DNA of 64,000 nucleotides, from assembly GCA_965216215.1 (NCBI GenBank), contig CBDCFO010000006.1:208626-272625 (forward strand). The letters are read 5' to 3'. The notes beneath the pieces are model-generated. The model saw nothing but the letters and a program-made list of their open reading frames with translations, was not told where the DNA came from and ran no database searches. A program made the translations under genes and the position numbers. Below, one piece after another: positions 48,862 to 60,747 of this stretch. Position 1 is the stretch's first letter; every line of letters begins with the position of its first letter. The stretch is from Bryobacterales bacterium (GTDB lineage: Bacteria > Acidobacteriota > Terriglobia > Bryobacterales > UBA6623).

Positions 48862-49174
48862 AAGTCAATGCGCTTCTGCAACTAAGTCAATGCCATTGGC
48901 GGCGCAGCTGGCCACCGCGATCCGGATCGAGCCCAACGGCAAGCATCCGGCGCGCGACGCCCAGGCCGGCATGTACGTGCTGCGCAAACGTCTGGCCCAG
49001 GCGGGCCTACGCCCCAGTTGGGAGACGATCCACTGCCAGCTCGCCGGCTGGGTCCGCCTCACCACCTCCCTGCGCGCGGCCGACGGCCGCTGGATCCAGT
49101 GCCGCCAGGACTCCCGCCCGGACGCCAAAGCCGCAGAACTGGCCCAGGCCATCGGCCTGGTGCCGCGCCTGTAG
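48862..49174 (+). pseudogene. C-terminal tail of an IS4/IS1634-like transposase (fragment)
   Basis: ...AQLATAIRIEPNGKHPARDAQAGMYVLRKRLAQAGLRPSWETIHCQLAGWVRLTTSLRAADGRWIQCRQDSRPDAKAAELAQAIGL resembles the C-terminal tail architecture of the IS1634 transposase at 63146.. (LQTLLDHLGSLTLNQVTL...RPTPLQAKAFALLEV). Confidence 0.4.
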
Positions 49175-51060
49175 TGTGCCGAGCATGCCCGTTAGCTTGA
49201 GGGTGAAAGTCCCTTGGACAGCCTGATGGAGGTGAAGTCCTAGTGAAGCGCAAGGGCGTCGTCGCGAGGCGGGGTCTGAAGGAAGCGTGGAACAAAAGCG
49301 CGAGCCGATGGACAAGAACCGGATACGAGGCATACGGCGTCGGACGAGTCGGCTACTGACGACGAAGTCCAGATCCATCAAGGGCGCTGGTTGTAAATCC
49401 GGCGGTTGTGCGCTGAAGGCGAACGAGCTTACCTCGGGAGATCTGTCGTCCGTCCGGAACTCTGGACTGAGGAAGGAGCAATCCGACCTGATCGGGCGGC
49501 AGAAGTCAGCAGACGGCATAGTAGTCCCGGCAAGGACGAAGGCCTGAACGAACGGAGAGGCAAGTAGGACGGCGTTTCTCGTGAGCGGAAAGCGGCAGAA
49601 CATCCAGCTAGTGCTGGCCTTCCCGGTCGATGGAAGGGGTGAAGCCCCGGAAGTGGCCGGGGAAGGGACCGAACCGAGCGCGGCGAGGCGTCGGGACGAA
49701 AGCCCGGCTAGAGACGAACAGTGGATGGAGCGAGCCTGCGAGCGGGACAACTGCAAGCGGGCGCTGGCACGAGTCCGTGCGAACCGGGGGAGTCCGGGTG
49801 TGGACGGGATGACCGTCGACGAGCTGCCCGGTCACCTGCGGGAGCACTGGCCGGCCATCCGGGAACAGCTGCTGAGCGGGACCTACAGGCCGCAGCCGGT
49901 GAGGCGGGTACACATCCCGAAACCGAGCGGTGGCAGGCGCAAGCTGGGCATACCAACCGTGCTGGATCGATTCGTCCAGCAGTTGGTGGCCCAGATCCTG
50001 CAGGAGCACTGGGACCGGACGTTTTCCGAACACAGCTACGGGTTTCGCCCGGGGCGTTCGGCGCATCAGGCGGTCGAGGCGGCGCAGCAGCAGATGGCTG
50101 CGGGCCGGCGATGGGTGGTAGATCTTGATTTGGAGAAATTCTTCGATCGAGTGAACCACGACCGTTTGATGGCCCGGATGGCCCGACGGATCGGTGACAA
50201 GCGGATGCTGAAGCTGATCCGGGCATTCCTGACGGCCGGTGTGATGGAGGACGGGCTGGTGAGCACGGTGGACGAGGGGACCCCGCAAGGGGGTCCGCTC
50301 TCACCCCTGCTGTCGAACATCGTGCTCGACGAACTGGACCGGGAGTTGGAGCGACGCGGGCTGCGGTTCGCACGGTACGCGGACGACTGCAACATTTATG
50401 TGGGCAGTCGCCGGGCCGTGATGGAAAGCGTGACGCGTTTCATCGGTTGGGAACCGTGATGGAAAGCGTGACGCATCACCCGCTTGCGGGTGAACCAGAG
50501 CAAGAGCGCGGTGGCGCGGCCATGGAAACGGAAGTTCCTGGGATTCAGCCTCACGGCACACCGCAAGCCGAAGCGGCGGCTCGCGCCGCAGACGGTGCAG
50601 CGGTTCCGGCGGCGGGTGCGGGAACTGACGCGACGGACTCGGGGCGTGAGTCACGAACGGATGGTGGCGGACCTGGCCCGCTATTGGCGGGGCTGGCTCG
50701 GCTACTTCGGGAAGTGCGAGACGCCATCGGTGCTGGCAAGCTTGGAACGATGGACCCGGCGACGGCTGCGGTCGGCGATCTGGAAACAGTGGAAACGAGG
50801 GAGACGGAGGTACGCCGAGCTACGCCGCCTGGGCGTGGACGTGGAACTAGCCGCACAAACGGCTGGTAGCGCCCACGGCCCCTGGCGCATGGCCAATAGC
50901 CCTGCTCTCCACCGCGCCCTCTCGAACGCCTACTTCGCTGCGCTGGGGCTACCGGGACTCCATCTTCGGACCTAGCTCAACCGGTCGAACCGCCGTATAC
51001 GGACCCGTATGTACGGTGGTGTGGGAGGGGTGGAGCCGCGAGGCTTCCCCCTATCCCGAT
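49174..51060 (+). mobile_element. Group II intron, third full-length copy (plus strand), with disrupted IEP
   Basis: The 5' end GTGTGCCGAGCATGCCCGTTAGCTTGAGGGTGAAAGTCCC is at 49174. The 3' end ...CTTCCCCCTATCCCGAT is at 51060. Confidence 0.8.
49581..50975 (+). pseudogene. Group II intron RT/maturase disrupted by a local duplication/frameshift
   Basis: ORF 49581..50459 ends right after YADDCNIYVGSRRA. The 21-nt sequence CCGTGATGGAAAGCGTGACGC is present twice (50416..50436 and 50454..50474). The maturase part resumes in ORF 50484..50975. Confidence 0.85.
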
Positions 51061-51384
51061 TCGCATGCGCACCAGCCACGCGGCGGATGCCACGCCGTCA
51101 CCGTCTTCCACGCAATAATCCACGCCCTCGACAGATTCTGTGATGCCATAACGCCCGACCTGCATCCGCAAGTTATCTCATTTCAATCACTTGTGCTGTC
51201 TCGAATTCGAATATTTAGAGTCGGCGAGCGACGCGTTGGCCTTAGCCGGGAAGCAGTAGCTGTTTGGGGTTGTTCCTACGGCTTTCGCCATCTGTAGGTG
51301 CCTCACTGAGCTTCCTGCTTAGCTACGTTTCCGCTCCCCGCTCACCGAACCCGGCGTGCCGATTGCCGGCCCCGCTCGCTGGAC

Positions 51385-51805
51385 GTGTTGCGTGGGATCG
51401 AAGGCGCCCGCATGAAGGAGAGCTATCGGCTGGTGCCCGACAGATCGGGGTGGACTGGCACGGGCGGCATTATGACCGTGCTCGGCCAGATGGGCTGACC
51501 TACCCAATCAGGCTCTCAACCATGCTTCCAGCGCGGTCGCGGCGACCGCGACGATCCCGCAGTTGGGCTTCATCCACGAAGACCCAGGGCAGTCGTTCGT
51601 TCTTGACATCGCTGACTTGTATCGCGACGTCGTGACAATCCCATGCGCCTTCGGTGCGGCCAAGCGTGCTCAGGAACACCCTACCGAGAATATTGAACGA
51701 ATTACTCGACGTTTCACTGGGCAGACACTGGCCCGTCAACAGGTCATTCCTGCGATGATTGGCCGGATCAAGTCTCTCTTCGCCGAGCAGGCTGAGGGGA
51801 GGTGA
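51385..51805 (+). pseudogene. cas1: Cas1 (I-E type), third copy: 5'-truncated and frameshifted
   Basis: LDVLRGIEGARMKESYRLV corresponds to [17 protein letters not shown] of the intact copy. After frame changes, ORF 51563..51805 gives GFIHEDPGQSFVLDIADLYRDVVTIPCAF, corresponding to [29 protein letters not shown]. Confidence 0.65.
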
Positions 51806-51812
51806 ATGTCCG

Positions 51813-52106
51813 ATGCCGATGGCCATGGTAGTCACCCGCAACGTAGAGGCCCGCTACCGCGGATTCCTCACCTCCATCATGCTCGAAGTCTCGCCCGGGG
51901 TCTATGTGGCACCTAATCTGTCGGCGGGTGTTCGAATCCGGCTCTGGGACGTGTTGTCAGACTGGTGGGCGGCGCTGGGCACGGGATCGATCATCCTTCT
52001 GTGGGGAGACAAGAAGGCAATCGGAAGTCTCCGCATTGCGACCCTCGGGGAACCCCCGAAGGAGATCGTTGACGCGGACGGGATCCTCTTGGTGAGACGA
52101 GGATAG
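51813..52106 (+). CDS. cas2: Cas2 (I-E type), third-locus copy
   Basis: MPMAMVVTRNVEARYRGFLTSIMLEVSPGVYVAPNLSAGVRIRLWDVL parallels the intact Cas2 ([45 protein letters not shown]). Confidence 0.75.
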   Translation: MPMAMVVTRNVEARYRGFLTSIMLEVSPGVYVAPNLSAGVRIRLWDVLSDWWAALGTGSIILLWGDKKAIGSLRIATLGEPPKEIVDADGILLVRRG

Positions 52107-52167
52107 ATGCGGCTCATCTGGCATCGTGATCTTTGAAATTGTTGAAATCACAATCATTTGGCAATAA

Positions 52168-52256
52168 GGGTTCCCCCGCCTATGCGGGATAGACCCTTGC
52201 CCCGAAACCAGTCTTTCTGTATGTAGGTGGTTCCCCGCACACGCCGGGATGAACCC
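52168..52256 (+). CRISPR. Degenerate CRISPR remnant with a variant I-E-like repeat
   Basis: The first repeat, 52168..52196, is GGGTTCCCCCGCCTATGCGGGATAGACCC. A 31-nt spacer follows. The second repeat, 52228..52256, is TGGTTCCCCGCACACGCCGGGATGAACCC. A further very degenerate repeat-like stretch lies near 52295. Confidence 0.55.
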
Positions 52257-52687
52257 GTCGCCAAAGTTCAGGACCTGACGACCGGAAGCACACCGGCTGT
52301 TTCTTGCGGGCACATGCCCCCAAGAGCCAGGTCGGGCAGCGCACCGGAAGCGCCGCCAGGGAATATTGCGTGGCGATCGTCTCGACCGGGGACCTGGGCA
52401 TGTCCCTGGCGGGAAATCCGGATTCGTGCGGTTGACCGGTAGCAACGACGGTTTGCGATCAACTCTCTGGCGTGGCACACGGTAGATCACAGAAAAAACA
52501 TTAATGGAAACCAATTAACCACAGATTCTCCATCTCCCTCCTGTATTGTCTGTGAACGGGGCCGCCGCCGCGCTACTGGCCCTGGCTCTCACCCACCACC
52601 AAGCCCCAACTTGCAAGCGATCGGGTCTATCAGCGTCATCGGGAATGGTTTGTGCCACTGGCAAGGCAGAGTGAGGGGGAATCTCGA

Positions 52688-53440
52688 ATGAAGAACGCGA
52701 TTGAACTCGGCCTGCTGCTGTCCGCCTGCGCGGACAACGGGTTCGACGACGGCATTCGCATCGACGCCGAGCTTGAGCCGCTTACGGGCGGGGGCGGCCC
52801 GGTCGAGCCCGCCGTCTACGTGGGGGGGGCCTACCAAGACGACTGTCGATGGGCCAGGCCCGAGGACACGGATTGTCGTGATTGACAACGTTCCGTCACA
52901 AGCGAACCGCTTGGAGGATGCCCTTCGACACCATCGAAAAGCGACGCGCATGCCGGAATTCGTCCGGGACCTGTCGGGATTGACCGGCCTCCCGGTCCAT
53001 CTGCCACGGAGCTTGTCGAGCCTGCAGTTTCCGCACCGTAATGCCGACGGCTATCCTCGCGACGCCAGGCTCGGCGATCAAGACTTCGTCAAGACGGATC
53101 TGGGACGGTCGATTTTCGGGGCGACAGCGCAGAGGTGCGGCCCCCTGATCGCCTGGTTTCCCCAGGCGTTGCTGTACGGGTTCTGGCAGTCCCACCTCGG
53201 CAAGAAGCGAGCCAGCACCAAGCACGCCCGCGCCTGGGTGTCCGAGATCGCAGGCTGGAATCCCGGGCCAACGGATGTTGCCAGGGTTCTTGGCCTCAAG
53301 GGCGACCCGCTCAACCTGAACGCTGACGAGCGGATCACATCTAGCCCGGACAACCGCTTGGCGTGGACGTTCGGCACCGGCGCTGTCGAGGGGGGCAAGC
53401 AAGACAGGCTTTCGGAGATCGGCCACGGCCAGGCCCGCGC
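52688..53440 (+). pseudogene. Csb1/Cas7 of type I-G (formerly I-U; GSU0053 family), frameshifted and 3'-truncated
   Basis: MKNAIELGLLLSACADNG...ELEPLTGGGGPVEPAVYVGG is followed by a frame change near 52860. The sequence then reads VVIDNVPSQANRLEDAL...SSLQFPHRNADGYPRDA...FPQALLYGFWQSHLG...ARAWVSEIAGW...SEIGHGQ. These motifs (SQANR.E.AL, PHR.AD, P..L.FG.W.S, SEI.G) are as I recall them for the Csb1 family. Confidence 0.5.
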
Positions 53441-53611
53441 CGGCAGCCGAGCCGCCATTGCCTGGGATTGCTGTCGAGGCCCGGAGGGGCTCGGGAACGC
53501 CGAACCGAGGGTCCTCTCGGCCGGCGCGGCCAGGATGGGATTCGCATGCGGAGCACGAGTCGGCGGATGCTCCGCTCGAGGCCCCGAGACGCAGCTGTCG
53601 AGGTTGAATCA

Positions 53612-56215
53612 ATGAGGGGCAAAGGACCGGAACTGATCAGCGGGTGGCCCGGCAAGCAGATCGAGGGCCGCACTCATCCTGCACTCTGGCACATGCTGGA
53701 TGTGGGAGCGGTCGCCACCTGCCTGCTGGCGCGTCGGTCGCTTACCGGAGACAGGCCTGCCGACCAGGCTGCGGCTCTCCTTGTCGTCCTCCACGATCTC
53801 GGCAAGTTCAGCTTCTCCTTTCGCGCGATACTGCTTGGCCGGCCCTACACGGGTCTCCGCCATTGGCAGCATAGCTACCGGCTGCTGCAGGACCATGACG
53901 ACGCGCTCGCCGATGTGGTCGGTGCGACACCCGGTGTCCGGAAGACCCTCTATGCCGCCGTGGCCGGGCATCACGGAGGTCCGCCGCAGCACTTGGAGAG
54001 CCGCACGCATACGGCCCAGTCCGCCCAGATCGGAGCCGAGGGGTCGCGTGCCGCGAGAGAGGCAATCGACGCGATCATTCCGCTTTTCGAGGGCGCATCG
54101 CTGGATGGCATGTCCGAGCCGGAAGCGCGGAGGCTGTCGTGGGCGCTTTGCGGGCTCACGGTGCAGGCCGACTGGATCGGATCGAATCCGGAATGGTTCG
54201 GGCCGAAGGATGCCGGAACCTCGGTTGGGAACTACTGGCAACAGGCCCTGGCCCGGGCGGAAACCGCGATTTCCGAGGCGGGATTGCATCATGCCCGGCC
54301 GCTTCCCGGCGGTGCAGCGAGAGTCCTGCACGGAACCGCCGCTCCCCGGCCGATGCAGGCGGCAGCAGCCGACGTGGACCTGCCGGGAGGGCCCCTGCTT
54401 GCCCTGATCGAAGATGCGACCGGCGCCGGCAAGACCGAGGCCGCGCTGATCCTGGCCGCGCGCATGATGGCCGCCGGAAAGGGGGACGGATTGTTCTTCG
54501 CCCTGCCGACGATGGCGACTTCGAATGCCATGCTGGCGAGGCTCGAGGCCATTGCGCCGCGGCTGTTCGCAGGCCGCCCGTCCCTGGCGCTGACGCACGG
54601 AAGGGCATGCATGAACGAGCTCTTCGCCGAGATCAGGGGACGCGACGCCTCCGATCCCGGTACCGGGGCCACGTGCGGGCGCTGGCTGGCCGACGACCGG
54701 CGGCGGGTCCTGCTCGCCGACATCGGCGTCGGCACCATCGACCAGGCACTGATGGCGGTCTTGCCGACCCGTTTCAACACGCTCCGGCTCCGGGCGCTGT
54801 CAGGACGGATCCTGATCGTCGACGAGGCCCATGAATTCGGGTCCTACATGGAGGCGCAGTTGCAGCGTCTGCTGCAGTTCCAGGCCATGCTGGGCGGCTC
54901 GGCGATCGTCATGACGGCGACCTTGCCGCTGGGAATGCGTGACGGGTACGCGAAGGCGTTCCAGAAAGGCCTCCGGGTCCGCCGGCCGCGCGAGGTGGCG
55001 GGCGACGCCTACCCGATGCTGACAGTCGTCGGGCGCGGAACCGACAGCGAACGGCCCGATCCGGTTCCGGCGACTTGCCGCGACGTCAAGGTGCATCGCC
55101 TTGAGGACGAGGATGCCGCGATGACCCTGTTGAAGTCCGGAGCGGGCCGGGGCGCGGCCTGCACGTTGATCCGGAACACGGTGGACGCGGCGATCGACGC
55201 GGTCTTAGTGCTGCGTGGGGCGGGAGTCGACGCGAACCTGCTGCACGCGCGGTTCGCGGTGGTTGACCGGCTGCGGCACGAAGCGGCCCTGCAGGCTTGT
55301 TTCGGGCGGGACGGCGTCGGCAGGGCAGGACGGGTCCTGGTCGCGACGCAGGTGGTCGAGGCGTCGCTCGACCTGGACTTCGACCTGATGATTTCCGACC
55401 TGGCGCCGATCGGGTCGCTGATCCAGCGAGCGGGCCGGCTGTGGCGGCACATGGACCTGCGCCCGGCGGCGCGGCGGCCCGTGGCGGGCCCGGACCTGCA
55501 CGTGCTCGCGCCCGACCCGGATGTGGTGCCGGACGCGAACTGGCTGAAGCGCCGCCTTGGCGCAGGGGCGCTGGTCTACCCGCAGGACGTCCAGTGGCGC
55601 ACCGCCAAGGCGTTGTTCGACAAGGGATCGATCCGTTCCCCCGGCGGCTTGCGCGACTTGATCGAGGCCGTGCACGGGAGAGACTTGCATGAGGTCCCCG
55701 AGGCGCTCAGCGGAGCGGAGATTGAAACGCTGGGGCGGCAGATGAGCGAGGCGCAGCAGGCATTCAACCAGGTGCTCGACGCGGAGGATGGGTACGACCA
55801 GCCGCAGATGCAGCGAGTGTTCGACGATGACCGGTTCCCGACCCGCCTCGGCATTCCGCAGGTGACCCTGCGGCTCGCCCGGGAGGCGGGCGGGCGGCTG
55901 GTGCCCTGGGCCGGCGAGGGCCCGCTCGGCTGGCAGGCGTCCGAGGTGCGGGTCTCTGCCGCGCGCTACCGGAACCTTGCGGGCGTGGACCAGGACCGGC
56001 CCGAGATCGCGGAGGTGCGAAACAGCTGGCCCGACTGGATGCAGGCTTCGGTGCTCGTAGCGCCGGTCGGGGAAAACGGATTGATCTGCGAGGGAATGCA
56101 CTACGATCGCGCCCTCGGAATCGTGTTCAAGGGCGGCCGGGAACACTCGATAGCGTCCCGCCTTGCCTGCCAGTCGGCTGCATTGATTCCTGGATCCACA
56201 GGGGCGTCCAGATGA
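53612..56215 (+). CDS. cas3: Cas3 (type I-E; HD nuclease plus SF2 helicase)
   Basis: The ATG at 53612 is the likely start, and the 53363 ORF start is an upstream extension. The HD domain shows HMLDVGAV...LHDLGKFSFSFR...AVAGHHG. The helicase shows DATGAGKTEAAL, LPTMATSNAM, LIVDEAHEF, TATLP, ATQVVEASLDLDFD and QRAGRLWRH. Confidence 0.9.
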   Translation: MRGKGPELISGWPGKQIEGRTHPALWHMLDVGAVATCLLARRSLTGDRPADQAAALLVVLHDLGKFSFSFRAILLGRPYTGLRHWQHSYRLLQDHDDALADVVGATPGVRKTLYAAVAGHHGGPPQHLESRTHTAQSAQIGAEGSRAAREAIDAIIPLFEGASLDGMSEPEARRLSWALCGLTVQADWIGSNPEWFGPKDAGTSVGNYWQQALARAETAISEAGLHHARPLPGGAARVLHGTAAPRPMQAAAADVDLPGGPLLALIEDATGAGKTEAALILAARMMAAGKGDGLFFALPTMATSNAMLARLEAIAPRLFAGRPSLALTHGRACMNELFAEIRGRDASDPGTGATCGRWLADDRRRVLLADIGVGTIDQALMAVLPTRFNTLRLRALSGRILIVDEAHEFGSYMEAQLQRLLQFQAMLGGSAIVMTATLPLGMRDGYAKAFQKGLRVRRPREVAGDAYPMLTVVGRGTDSERPDPVPATCRDVKVHRLEDEDAAMTLLKSGAGRGAACTLIRNTVDAAIDAVLVLRGAGVDANLLHARFAVVDRLRHEAALQACFGRDGVGRAGRVLVATQVVEASLDLDFDLMISDLAPIGSLIQRAGRLWRHMDLRPAARRPVAGPDLHVLAPDPDVVPDANWLKRRLGAGALVYPQDVQWRTAKALFDKGSIRSPGGLRDLIEAVHGRDLHEVPEALSGAEIETLGRQMSEAQQAFNQVLDAEDGYDQPQMQRVFDDDRFPTRLGIPQVTLRLAREAGGRLVPWAGEGPLGWQASEVRVSAARYRNLAGVDQDRPEIAEVRNSWPDWMQASVLVAPVGENGLICEGMHYDRALGIVFKGGREHSIASRLACQSAALIPGSTGASR

Positions 56216-56282
56216 TCGGAGCGGGGAGAGAGCGCCTAGGGCGCCAGAACAAGTTGCCCGGCATCACAAGAGCGTCACGGCC

Positions 56283-57769
56283 ATGCTGAACCTGATATCC
56301 GATCCATGGATCCCCGTTGTTCGCCGCGGCGGACGCGACACCGTGCGTCCGGATCAGATCGCCGAACCGGATGTCCTGCGCCCGGACTGGCCGCGACCGG
56401 ACCTGAACCTCGCCTGCCTCGAGCTGCTGGTCGGGTTGACCTACCTAGCCCATCCTCCGCAGGGCGGCGACGACCGCGCCAGCCCTCCAGGCGCCGCCAC
56501 GCTCCGCCAGGCGATGGAGCCGCTGGCGCCAGCCTTCAACCTGCTGGGCGACGGCCCGCGGTTTCTGCAGGACCTGGAGCCGCTGGCTGCCAAGGCGAAT
56601 CCGCCCGGGATGCTCTTCATCGACAGCGCGGGGGACAGCACGGCCAAGAAGAACGCCGACCTGATGGTCCGCCGCGGGCGGTACGAAGCTCTGCCGCTGC
56701 CTCTGGCAGCGATGGCGCTGTACACGCTGCAGGCATTCGCGCCGTCGGGAGGCGCAGGCAATCGCACGTCGATGCGCGGCGGGGGGCCGATGGTGACGCT
56801 GGTGAAGCCGGCGGCTGATGGGCTCTGGCCGCTGGTCTGGGCCAACGTCCCGAGGGGAGAGCGCCTGGAGCCAGAAGATCTGGATGCGCTGCCCTGGATG
56901 AGGCCGACGGCAACCTCCAAGCCCGTTGGCAAGAAGTCCCCGATCACCGTGCCGGCAAGCGACAGCCCTTCGAGGCCCGACCCGGAGATATTCTTCGGCC
57001 AGCCTCGCCGTCTGCGGCTAGTCGCCCGGAGCAACGTAGTGACCGAGGTCATCCAGCAGCCTTGGGGCACGAATTACGAGGGCTGGAGGCACCCGCTGAC
57101 GCCCTACTACAGGACCGGTACGGAAGTCTTGCCGCGGCATCCCAAGCCCGGCGGCTTCGGGTACCGCAACTGGCGGGGCGTGATCCTCCAGAGCGAGACA
57201 GGACTGCGTCCCAGGACCCTCCTGCAGTACCTGCGGGACATTGAGGGAGCCCGCTGCAGCCTGATCGTTGCCGGCTGGGCGATGGACAACATGAAGCCGC
57301 TCGACTTCCTGTGGTCCGAGCAGCCAGTGTTTCCGCTGTCCGCGAAGGACGAAGACCGCGCCGCCGGGGCGGTCGAGGCGGCGGAGCATGTGGGCTACGC
57401 GGTCGCCGCCTGCGTGCGTGACGGCGTGGGGGAGGGCGACCTGAAGTCTGGCGGCGGGCAGCGCGCACGGGAAGCGTTCTTCGCGGCTACCCAGGGCGCT
57501 TTCGAGGAGCTGCTGGAATCGCTGTCGGCGGGCGGGCGTTTCGCGCCGGAGGAATGGGTGGCGTCCATGCGGGGAGCGGCGCTGCCGATCTTCGACGGGG
57601 AGGTCATGCCCGGGCTCGCGGACCTAGGCGAAGCGCGGCGTGAGAAGGCAACCAAGGCGAGGTCCAGGCTGATTGCCGCATTCGCCGGAAGGCCGCCATT
57701 CGGCAAGAAGACCTTCGACCCGCTCGGAATGGAAACGCCGGCGAAACAGACGAGGCACAGAGGGCACGC

Positions 57770-57773
<4 letters not shown>
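56283..57773 (+). CDS. cse1: Cse1/CasA (Cas8e), Cascade large subunit
   Basis: MLNLISDPWIPVVRRGG...RPDLNLACLELLVGL parallels the E. coli CasA N-terminus (NLLIDNWIPVR...DMELAALALLVC). The product is 496 aa. Confidence 0.85.
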
Positions 57774-60045
<2,272 letters not shown>

Positions 60046-60049
<4 letters not shown>

Positions 60050-60747
60050 CGCTGTATCTCTCGCGGCTCACGCTGAACCGGTCGGCGCCGGCTGCCGCGC
60101 TGATGCCGCTGCTGAATCCGAGCGAGCCGGGCCAGGCGGCAGACGCGCATCACCGCCTGATCTGGTCGGTGTTTTCGGACAGCCAGGACCGCCAACGGGA
60201 CTTTCTCTGGCGGCATGACGGGCGGAGCCGCTTCTTTGTCCTTTCGGGCCGCCGGCCGCGAGCCAGCGAGTTGTTCCTCCCGCCCGAGACGAAGGTCTTC
60301 GATCCGGAGCTGCGGGCGGGCGACCGGCTGCAATTCACGCTGCGAGCGAACGCCACCAAGGACCGCGCTGCCGTAAGCCGGATCGAGAAGGACGACCGGC
60401 GCGGGAAGAGCCGGCGGGTCGACGTGGTGATGGACCTGATGCGGGCGGCACCAGAGGGCGCGAGGCGGTCGGAAATCCGGAACGCCATGGCGCAGGCCGC
60501 GGCCGCGGCCTGGATGGTTCGGCAGGGAGCCGCCAAGGGGTTTGCGCCGCGCATGACGGTGGTCGAAGGCTACTCGACGATCGAGCTTGGCCGTCAGCGC
60601 CGCCAGGGGGCCACCTTCGGCATTCTTGACCTGCGCGGGGAGATCGAAGTGACCGATCCCGGCGCCTTCCTGCCTGCGCTGGCAGCAGGGTTCGGGCGGG
60701 CCAAGGCCTGGGGTTGCGGGCTGATGCTGATCCGGCGAGCGCGGTGA
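60046..60747 (+). CDS. cas6: Cas6e (CasE) crRNA endoribonuclease
   Basis: The ATG at 60046 overlaps the cas5 stop (ATGA). The product begins MTLYLSRLTLNRS...HRLIWSVF...FTLRANATK and ends GFGRAKAWGCGLMLIRR. Confidence 0.9.

Larger units (their letters stand above)
45143..48884 (+). mobile_element. IS4-type element encoding a DUF4338-DDE fusion transposase, with IS110 copy 2 nested in its right inverted repeat (approximate boundaries)
   Basis: The left end is CTTGCGAATGCGCTTGACTTTAGCGGCCAATTC (about 45143..). The right end, read as reverse complement across the IS110 insertion, is TTGCAGAAGCGCATTGACTTAAGGAATTC (48884..48859 plus 47477..47471). Confidence 0.4.

Noticed and set aside
51921-51940. 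tRNA-like T-arm strings. GGTGTTCGAATCCGGC occurs at ~51925, and GGTTCGAAC occurs on the plus strand at ~28236 and ~30111, with its reverse complement GTCGAACC at ~50985.
   Set aside because: The first lies inside the cas2 coding frame. The others lie in the 3'-terminal (domain V/VI) region of the three group II introns. No acceptor or anticodon arms can be built around any of them.
53363-53611. An upstream extension of the cas3 ORF (start at 53363), and the 304-aa ORF 52701..53615 read as an intact gene.
   Set aside because: The extension is Arg-rich with no HD-domain similarity, and Cas3 homology starts at MRGKGPELISGW (ATG 53612). The tail of ORF 52701 after SEIGHGQ has no Csb1 similarity and simply reads through to the next stop.
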